From positions 1 to 64,000 of the forward strand of contig JANOQI010000057.1 of assembly GCA_031414775.1 (NCBI GenBank): a stretch of 64,000 nucleotides of DNA. The letters run 5' to 3'. How positions within the stretch are numbered: the stretch's first letter is position 1; each line of letters opens with the position of its first letter. Of the stretch, positions 1-8,000 are shown piece after piece. This DNA is from Synechococcales cyanobacterium VAR_4_metabat_354 (GTDB lineage: Bacteria; Cyanobacteriota; Cyanobacteriia; Cyanobacteriales; Chamaesiphonaceae). The position numbers and the translations under genes were made by a program. The notes beneath the pieces are model-generated. The model was not told the DNA's origin, ran no database searches, and saw nothing but the letters and a program-made list of their open reading frames with translations.

Positions 1-79
1 CGACAAGCACTCAATCATCATTTACTTGAGCGATTTATTTCCATGTTAGACCTTGACCTGACTTGGATTAAATCCCATC

Positions 80-505
80 CTAACTACGCCAGCCTTCTCC
101 AGTACGGTTCTTTGACACCATAAATCTGTCCGGACTATTGAGTAAGTAGCTACCAAATTCAAAATGATCGATCGTTGCAATTAAGATCTTATTCCCTGCG
201 GTGCTGGCAGCAGCTAGACTTGTAAAAACTACGGGACTAGTTGCACTAGGCTGAACAAGTTGACTTGTAAAAACTGCGGTACGCTGGCGCGGAAATGTCG
301 GTCCAGGTCTACTCAACGGGCGGCGTGGCGATCGACTAACTGGTCGCGATGAACGATTAGGCGATCGACTAGGAACACGGCTCGGACGACTGGCTGGTCG
401 TGATGCCGGGCGACTCGTGGCGCGACGGGGCGGGCGCACCTCCCATTCATATTCAGAATGATTGGCTGCTGGGGTTTCAAACAGCCAGGGGCTTGGTCTG
501 TTCAT
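80..505 (-). CDS. Hypothetical protein with LFETP...EYEWE N-terminal leader and Arg/Pro/Ser-rich linker; possibly truncated
   Basis: 141-aa ORF, last gene of the minus-strand operon in the window. N-terminus PWLFETPAANHSEYEWE resembles the leader of the 5829-6917 protein; RPASRPASRPSR low-complexity tract. Confidence 0.6.
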   Translation of the reverse strand: MNRPSPWLFETPAANHSEYEWEVRPPRRATSRPASRPASRPSRVPSRSPNRSSRPVSRSPRRPLSRPGPTFPRQRTAVFTSQLVQPSATSPVVFTSLAAASTAGNKILIATIDHFEFGSYLLNSPDRFMVSKNRTGEGWRS

Positions 506-545
506 TGCTTAAGTTCTCTATTATTCAAATATTGGAAATCAAAGG

Positions 546-1697
546 TTATCCCACTACTCTGGGAGCTGGCATTAACCCATTCGACCTGGCGAAAATGGGA
601 TCGCGGCGTTGGCCACTAGGCGGCGCTCCCGGCATATAAACATTGCGCGGTGGTGGTGTTGGCCGACTGATTCGCAGCGCTTCTTCGCTGGAAATCCACT
701 CTTCCGCTGGTTCAGCAATGCGATAGAGTAGCGCCTCAAAGTCGGTACGATTTTTTTGCAGTACAAACGGTTCAGCCAGCCAGCGAATAATGTCACGACC
801 ATTGACGGCCATCCGGTTCATGGTGCTGGCATTTACCGATTCATGGCAGTATTGCCACAACACTAATTCGATCAGTTCCCACTGATTGTCGGCACCAAAT
901 TGGGCACGTACATCCGGCGCGTTGAGTACTTTAAAAGCTTCGGCCAGAGCTTGACTGGTTTCCACCCGCAGGACGTTGATATAGCCATAGGAAGAGTTCT
1001 TCAGATTATTGCGCAGATCCAAACCCGATCGGCGGACGATCGCCACTGACCCAAAAGTTGGATCGGTGGCGCGTTCGCGGATTACTTCACTGATCCGCTT
1101 ATCGCGCCAGTACTTGGCAGTTTCCCCAATAAAGTGTGAAAACAGACCGTAGAACTGGGGATTAGCCCGAGCGCTGGCACCGGGATCGACTTTGGTGTAG
1201 CCAAAAACTCGGCTGTAAGCACGTAGTCGATCGAGTAAGTGGTAGCGCAAAATATTGCAATATAGCCCATAAGCTCCCTCCCCACTAGAAATCCGTAAGG
1301 TGCCTGCTCTAAATAGCTCCTGTAACTTATGCATCACGCGGAAAACTCCTAAGCGTTCGTGCATGTAGAGGTAATACAAATCGGCACTGGCCAGAATTCG
1401 ATCGCTAGTAACAGTGTCGTCGTAGTCGATCACCCCTTTAGAAATATGGGTATCGCCCAAATCCTTGGGTGAATCTTTGCCCAGACCTACTAAATCGGCC
1501 AGGCCGCCATCGGCGGGTTGTCCCTTGCCGTTGTGAGCAGCGTCGAATTGGTTCACTTGGTCATCCACGATCCGATTTAGGATGGCGGCTAGTTCGGGGT
1601 TGGCTACCAGCTCGGGACCAAGATTCTCAATAGTGTTTTGTAATAGTGCCGCAATTCGATCGTTTTGCTGGTCATAATCTTTTGTTTTCAAGTTCAT
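546..1697 (-). CDS. Uncharacterised 383-aa protein, probably mostly helical, of the acidic-leader operon
   Basis: Long ORF with AGGA RBS upstream, co-oriented in the operon; no catalytic motif recognised. Confidence 0.75.
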   Translation of the reverse strand: MNLKTKDYDQQNDRIAALLQNTIENLGPELVANPELAAILNRIVDDQVNQFDAAHNGKGQPADGGLADLVGLGKDSPKDLGDTHISKGVIDYDDTVTSDRILASADLYYLYMHERLGVFRVMHKLQELFRAGTLRISSGEGAYGLYCNILRYHLLDRLRAYSRVFGYTKVDPGASARANPQFYGLFSHFIGETAKYWRDKRISEVIRERATDPTFGSVAIVRRSGLDLRNNLKNSSYGYINVLRVETSQALAEAFKVLNAPDVRAQFGADNQWELIELVLWQYCHESVNASTMNRMAVNGRDIIRWLAEPFVLQKNRTDFEALLYRIAEPAEEWISSEEALRISRPTPPPRNVYMPGAPPSGQRRDPIFARSNGLMPAPRVVG

Positions 1698-2172
1698 GAG
1701 TTTTATCCTACTAATATCTGTAGTGACTACGAGATGCTTTTACTAAGGCTGGACGACTTGTGTCGTGATGGCTCCACTGCGAGGTTAAGACTACGGTCGG
1801 TCGTTAGTGCCTTTTTTCACACCAAAATCAGCCAAGGTATCTAATTGGAAAGCCAGCTCTAGCAGAGTTTGCTTTACCCGATCGAATGCTAGAATTCTCT
1901 CCAACAGAGTTTCTTTCACACCATTTTTATCGGATTGAATAAAGTCCAAGACAATGGCAATCACCCAAAAGAGGGTATCGGCTTGGTCGGTCACAAAATC
2001 TAGTCCAAAGCGTCCAGAGTCTGCTAGCACCGTCGGTGCTTCTAGAGTGGTAAAGCGATCGATCCAATCATTGAAATCATTGAGCGTGATATTGGGCAAT
2101 GAAACTAGATCTAAATCCAACTTAGAACCTTTTTTTTCTGGATCATCGACTTTTTTAGCAACATCATCATTA

Positions 2173-3346
2173 AGTAGAATGCCCACAATAAAAGTATGAT
2201 GAAGATAGAAAAACTAATTAAGTGTTATGCCAGCTCCACTCAGAATCAGTCTCACTTCAGAGCAAGAAAGAACCCTGCAAGAATTACGAGTTGCCTCTAA
2301 ATTACCGCAACGGACAAAAGATCGTGCGCAAATGTTACTAGCAAATGCTAATGGCTGTAATGCGCCAGCAATAGCACAATTCATGGGATGCCGAGAGCAT
2401 ACAGTACACGAAGCCATCAGACGCTGGCGAGTGTTCGGATTAGGAGGATTATGGGATGCAGAAAGATGTGGGTCAAAGCCTCGCTGGACAGAAGAAGACA
2501 TGGCATATCTAGAACAATATTTAGAAGAAGAGCAAAGAACATATAATTCTCCTCAATTAGCCCAAAAGTTGGAAAAGGAGCGTCATGTCCGCCTGAGTGA
2601 TCAACAAATTCGCAAGGTGCTAAAAAAAAGGGCTGGCGATGGAAAAGAACTAGGCATAGCCAGAAGCGGAAGCAAGACCTCATCAAAAGAGCGCTAAAAA
2701 TGGCGCATCTCAAGAAGCTAGAACTAATGATGTTAGATGGTTTTGTGGATTTAAAATATTTAGATGAGTCGGGATTTTGTGCTTGGAGTGGAGTCAGCTA
2801 TAGCTATAGTCGAACAGGTGAGCAAAAGAGATTAGAGCAACCCAAAAAAAGGGCGAAAAGGTTGAGTGTTATTGGATTACTAGGACAGGGTAAGGGCTTT
2901 GAGTATGGATTGATAGAAGGAAGTTTCAATAGCCAAGTCTACATTAAATTTATGGATATGGCAGCACACAGAGCTGCCCAACAATTCAAAAAAACTGGTC
3001 GCATCACAGTAATCATTCAGGATAATAGTTCTGTACACAGATCAAAATTGAGCCAAGCACAATGGAGTCGGTGGAATAAGATGGGGCTGTGGCTATTCTT
3101 CTTGCCACCCTACTGTTCTGAGCTAAATGCAATTGAGGGAGAATGGCACCAAATTAAAGCACATGAAATATGCGGTCGCATGTTTGCAGACGAAAGCGAG
3201 TTAAGGGAAGGAGTAATAGCTGCTATTGAGTCAAGAAATCAGAAAAACAAGATGCGTGTTGAACAGTTTTCATTAGTCTCATGAAGTATTATCTATCTTA
3301 ATTAGTATTGAAATATGCATACTCTTTTTGTCTTGTATGACCTACT
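2173..3346 (+). mobile_element. IS630-family insertion sequence with TA target duplication (2171-2172 and 3347-3348)
   Basis: Ends read TA|AGTAG... and ...CTACT|TA, with imperfect inverted repeats. The element carries an HTH ORF and a DDE ORF, and the empty site restores the host reading frame. Confidence 0.92.
2227..3284 (+). CDS. IS630 transposase, two ORFs joined by a -1 frameshift at A8G (2622-2630)
   Basis: ORF1 is HTH-like. The -1 frame reads KKGWRWKRTRHSQK into ORF2, which has the DDE motifs YLDESGF, IQDNSSVH and LPPYCSELNAIE. Confidence 0.92.
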
Positions 3347-4475
3347 TATCAATAGATAAATCAAAGGAAGTGGACAGGCCAGCCGCCAAAGTGGTAAATA
3401 AGGCGGCATCCGATCGACGTTCGCTTTCAGTAGCCAATCGAATCCAGAGCGGCCATAAAGCTGATGTTGCCATCGGCCACTACGGGTAATAGGATGCTAA
3501 CCTTCGCCAACCTCTCGCTGTAATGACCAGAGGTTTTTTCTGACTTACTTTCGCGCAAGAAGCGATTTGAGATGTTTTTTAAAGTATTGCGATAGTTTTT
3601 CAGCAGTTCTAATGCGGCCACTTGTGCCTCATCATCAAGAGTAACTGGGAAAATATTGCCAAAATTATTCTGGATCAATTTACCAGAGATAGTAGTAGAG
3701 ATATTGCTGAGCCGACCACGAATTCCTAGCTCATCAAGATTATCTTTTATGGTACATAAGTACAAATTGACCAAATCGTTACGTGGTTCGTCCAATCGGC
3801 CAAATTCGGCTACTAGTGAATCAATCTGGGTGCGAATTAGGGCTTTGAGGGCTTCCACCGCATCAATATCTGCTGTCGGATCAAATGGTTCGATCGATCC
3901 CAGCACCTGCAAAGCATCAGTAGCTACAATACTCGCTTGCCGATACAAATTGGCTTGTTCGATCGGCAGTTGACCCGCCAGACTAGCACCACTACTATCC
4001 GAAAGCACTTGATTCCCATCACCATAAGGGCTGTAGAGAGAAACAACACTCCGGGCTGGGGTAGACATTACCTGGCCATTCCTGGTCGTGGGGAAAGCAC
4101 TATTTAGAGCTTTCATGAAGCCAGTAGAACCTTTGCCAGGAGAACGTCCCAGTACTTGAGAGATAGCCCGCTCCACTTGGCGCGTCAATAAATTTGCGGT
4201 GCCAGTCGCACTGGTTCTAACTAAGCCATCTTCATAAGCTGTTGGTTCGTTAGTGGCCGATCGACTCAGAACCTGCACAATTTGAGCCAGCTGTTCGGGA
4301 ATACCCGGTCCTACCCTGGCAGGCTGGATGAAGAGATTAGCAATCAGGGATTGTCGCAAAAATTGCAATTGTTCAGGGCTTAGTGTTTTTTCTACATTAT
4401 TAATAAGAATCGGGACTGGAAAAGCCATGATTTATTACCTCGCAGGAGTTGAGAAAATGGGAAGGGAACTAAAAA

Positions 4476-5822
4476 CTAACGTCGCCCCAAGGTGCGATAA
4501 AAGTTATCAGTAATAGTCTGGGGAGTAGCTAGCTGTCGATCGACAGCAAAGCGAGCGGCGCTAATCATAAAGCGGAGCGGAATCGTCCCCGGATCTTGGC
4601 CAGCGGCTAGTCGTTGCCCAGCTAATTCGATCATCGCCATTTGAGCCGGGCCGAATTGAATAATTTGCGCCAAGGATTTATTCGCAAGTTGCCGGTAAGG
4701 CTGAAAAACCATCGTATCCACTACCATTTCAGCAGCAGGATAAAAGGTTTTCATAAACCACGGCGGAATATCAGCGGGAGTGATGCGCGGATACAGACGT
4801 TGCCACACCCGATGCAGATCGGCAGCCATGGAGCCACAGCCGAGCCGTTTGAGCAAAATCAGGTTAATCAGCACCCGCAAATAGGGAGTAGGATGCACCG
4901 AGTCGGGATCGAATTGCACCGTACTAGCCGGAGCACGACCGACCACATCCATCAAAGATTCGATCGCTGCCGCCCCCCCCCCAAATAAGCGCAAACATAT
5001 CGGCCATGGTCTCTTTGTGCCAGTTAGCCCAGACTTGGGCGATGGCGGCGGGTAGCCACCCCTCGCTAACTAAGCGCTGGTAAACCCGTTTCGGAATTTC
5101 TTCCCATAGTCCTAAATCGGCTTGCAGATTATGGGACACCTCATGCAACACGCTGGACAATGCCCAGACATTATCGAGGCGATGTTGGGGAATCACGATC
5201 AGCGGAAAAGGGTTGGGATTGCGCCGCAGTCGCATCATCGGTACGCCGCGCCGGAAAGTGACGGGGCTGAACCCACTGTTGGCATAGCTCATCGGGAGCA
5301 AGCTGGGGGTAGGTTGGGCGGTGCCGAGGCCGACATAAATGTCTTCGTAGCAGTTAGCCGCAATCCGATCGATCGCAACCGTTCCCCAAAACTAGATAGC
5401 CGTTGGACAAACAGATCGAAATAGAAGTCCCAGATTCCTTCGACGTAAAGAACTTGGTTCCCAATCATTTCTTTGCGTTCTAGTAACACCCGCCGTCTGG
5501 CGGCAGTTGGCTCCCGACGGGCAGCACTGGCAGCGGCCTCCACCCACCGTACTTGATCGACCACTTGGCTACGAAATCGATCGATCAAGCGGTTGACAGC
5601 TTCAATGTGCGCTTCACTAGGGGCAGCCGGGCTGGTGCCAAACTCATCCTTCGTAAATGGTCGTAGTGAACGGGCATGACGAGTTAAGTTAATAGCCTGG
5701 ATATTTAACCAGTTATCTAACAACTGTCGCTCACTGGCTGTTTTTGTCGCTGGCCAATTGCTGGTGGCTCCGGCTGGAGTAACTACAGACAATAATGTGG
5801 AAGATAACGATGCCGCTTTCAT
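4476..5822 (-). pseudogene. HEXXH zinc-metallopeptidase-like protein split by two frameshifts (~5370 and the G10 tract at 4973-4982)
   Basis: Three consecutive overlapping ORFs (5822-5289, 5301-4924, 4994-4476) form one protein with LHEVSH, WHKETMAD and HPTPYLR motifs. Confidence 0.8.
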
Positions 5823-5828
5823 AACTAC

Positions 5829-6917
5829 CTACATCATCCCAGCCGGTGCCCGCCGGGGGCTGGGCGGAGCTGTGCGTTGGCGCAGAGCGCCATTGCGTAC
5901 CATCGCCTGTTGGACTTTTTGGGGATTACCTAAAACCTGGTGGCTAGCGGCTGCCATGGCCTTGATGGCCATCGCTCCGGTAATGGGTTGACCAGAACGA
6001 GCGGCGGCTTTGAGCGTGGCGATCGCCCGGCGATGAATAGTTGGCATTATTCTGAGGAGTTGTTTGCCAACTAGACCTTGTTTCACTAAAGTTCCGGCTA
6101 CGGCCGCATTTGCTTGCGACAAAGTAGGGGTGATCGATCGGAGGGCTTTACTACCACCCATCGCCTTGATAGTAATGGGCAGAGCAGCACCGATGGCGGC
6201 TTGGGCCTCCGCTTCATTGGTAGCTTCAGCGGCTTGGGTAGCCAAAAACTCCGCAAGCGCAGCTTCATAGGCTACTTCGGTATTAGCGACTTCGGCGACA
6301 GCTTCATTCATGCCAAATAATGCTGCTTCCATTTGGGTAGCTTCCATTTCGCCTTCGCTGACTAGCTGGCTGGTTAGCTTAGCAGCTAATGGACCTGCTA
6401 TTAATCCAGCTCCCGGAATCATCCCAGCTAGCTTCCCCGCTATAATCGGAGCAAACTTTTTGGCCAGTGGGGCAGCCGCTTTTAATAATTTTTTAAAGCC
6501 CCTCCCAATTTTCTTCCAGAATTCGGCTTCATATTCATACTCTGGACTGCCATAGGGGTTTGCGCCTGCCATTTCCCACTCGTACTCTGGACTGCCACTG
6601 CCATAAGGATTTGCTCCTGACATTTCCCATTCATACTCTGGATTGCCGTAGGGATTAGCTCCCGGCATTTCCCATTCATTTTCTGGACTGCCATAGGGAT
6701 TAGCTCCTGGCATTTCCCACTCATATTCCATCGCTGGGGTGGAATACGAATTGCTGTAATGAGTTGCTTCTTGCATTTCCCACTCGCTTTCCATTTCTGG
6801 ATTGCTGTAGGGGTTATTAGCTTCTGGTGTTGTCCATTCATCCTCAAACTCTGGGGTGGAATAAGGATTTTGATTATAGTTAGCCGCGTGGGCTACGGGA
6901 GTTTCAAAAAGTGCCAT
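5829..6917 (-). CDS. Acidic-repeat-leader protein with a cationic amphipathic helix and an Ala-rich helical C-terminal domain
   Basis: AGGAG RBS 9 nt before ATG 6917 (MALFETP). Seven NPY..PE.EWE-type repeats are followed by FWKKIGRGFKKLLKAAAPLAKKF. Confidence 0.85.
   Translation of the reverse strand: MALFETPVAHAANYNQNPYSTPEFEDEWTTPEANNPYSNPEMESEWEMQEATHYSNSYSTPAMEYEWEMPGANPYGSPENEWEMPGANPYGNPEYEWEMSGANPYGSGSPEYEWEMAGANPYGSPEYEYEAEFWKKIGRGFKKLLKAAAPLAKKFAPIIAGKLAGMIPGAGLIAGPLAAKLTSQLVSEGEMEATQMEAALFGMNEAVAEVANTEVAYEAALAEFLATQAAEATNEAEAQAAIGAALPITIKAMGGSKALRSITPTLSQANAAVAGTLVKQGLVGKQLLRIMPTIHRRAIATLKAAARSGQPITGAMAIKAMAAASHQVLGNPQKVQQAMVRNGALRQRTAPPSPRRAPAGMM
6522..6869 (-). repeat. In-frame tandem peptide repeat, about 7 units of 14-23 aa (NPY[GS][STN]PE-x-EWEM-x-GA)
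   Basis: Recurring plus-strand blocks catttccca(c/t)tc and ctggactgcca/ctggattgc; visible in the translation. Confidence 0.9.
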
Positions 6918-6971
6918 GTTGGAATTCTCCTGATTGGTTAGATAAAACAATTGGTCTTGATCTGAACTTGA

Positions 6972-7796
6972 TCATCCGATCGAGGAGTTGGCCGTTGCTA
7001 CGGTCGAAAACCGGATCAGAGCATTGCGAGTCATAAACAACTTGACAGCTGCCGCAGTGCCCAACAACCGTCTAGTCTGCGCTGCCAACACACTACAAAC
7101 CAAAGCAGTAGTTAGCCGATAGCCCCACCGCCGTGCTGCTTGCAGACTAGCCACCGTCCAGCGCAAGATAGTAGGCAAGAGCCGCAACAAGCGCCGGCTC
7201 GCCGGACTATAACGATGCAAGCAGCGAATGAGACGGCCAGTTGCCTGGAGCATAAAAGGCAAGAAAGGACGCAGCAGTTGGGAGCTACCCATCACTCGCA
7301 ACGTTAGGGGTAACACCGCGCCAATTAAGGCTGCTGCTTCACTTTCACTGCCAGTGTGACTGGCTTCGGCAGCTAATACTTCCGCTAAGGCGGCTTCCTG
7401 AGCACGGCTGGTATTACTCACCACTACTGTTGTACTACGGTGGCTAAAAAATGCTGCTTCTTGTTGGTGGCTATTCTTTTCCCCACAACGGAGTAAGGGC
7501 AATAGTAGTTGATAGGTCAGTGAATTAAAACTCGATCGAGCAGCGGGTACCATATCGATCAAAATCCTCGCCAACAGCGGAGCTAAATCTAGAGCGAGTG
7601 GTACAACGCGCCTCGCCATTTGATTAATGCCCAATAATATTTGCTGACGCTCTAATGTCTGTTGATCGATCCGTTCTGGCTGAAAACCGTGAGCGATGGA
7701 AGAGCCTGACCTGTAATACTCGAATTGAGTAGGCAGCGGAGTCTCAACCTCCGGTAGAGTCATGCTTCTGCCGTTAGTATGAGCATAAATATTCAT
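6972..7796 (-). CDS. Paralogue of the 5829-6917 protein lacking the acidic repeats
   Basis: Collinear similarity: QEAALAEVLAAEA vs YEAALAEFLATQA, LIGAVLPLTLRVMG vs AIGAALPITIKAMG, LLRLLPTILR vs LLRIMPTIHR. GGAG RBS upstream. Confidence 0.8.
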   Translation of the reverse strand: MNIYAHTNGRSMTLPEVETPLPTQFEYYRSGSSIAHGFQPERIDQQTLERQQILLGINQMARRVVPLALDLAPLLARILIDMVPAARSSFNSLTYQLLLPLLRCGEKNSHQQEAAFFSHRSTTVVVSNTSRAQEAALAEVLAAEASHTGSESEAAALIGAVLPLTLRVMGSSQLLRPFLPFMLQATGRLIRCLHRYSPASRRLLRLLPTILRWTVASLQAARRWGYRLTTALVCSVLAAQTRRLLGTAAAVKLFMTRNALIRFSTVATANSSIG

Positions 7797-8000
7797 TGGT
7801 TTGCTCTCCCCGCTGATGGCTTGGTAAAATTCTGCTGTTCATCGTTATATTCACAAACACTAACGGTGAGAGCAGGTGCTGTGCTAGTCACATATTCTAG
7901 GTAGTCCAATTTGGGGAAGAAGAAGCTACTCTAAAGTACCGCTTCGTCTTTGATGAAAAGCGCTGAGGGCAAGCCTGAGATTTTAGCTAATTTTCGTTCC

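Larger units (their letters stand above)
1791..4428 (-). pseudogene. Uncharacterised ~490-aa protein gene disrupted by a frameshift (~3432) and an IS630 insertion
   Basis: ORF 4428-3427 continues in another frame (TESERRSDAALFTTLAAGLSTSFDLSID) up to the IS end. Removing the IS plus one TA joins it in frame to NDDVAKKVDDPE of ORF 2186-1791. GAGGT RBS before ATG 4428. Confidence 0.85.

Noticed and set aside
1791..2186. Independent 131-aa gene
   Set aside because: Its start lies inside the IS630 left end; it is the 3' part of the interrupted 4428-1791 gene.
2214..2713. Minus-strand ORFs 2214-2501 and 2417-2713
   Set aside because: Antisense shadows of the IS630 transposase.
6522..6869. Possible CRISPR-like repeat array
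   Set aside because: The units are degenerate, stay in one reading frame, have no unique spacers and encode a peptide repeat; no cas genes are present.
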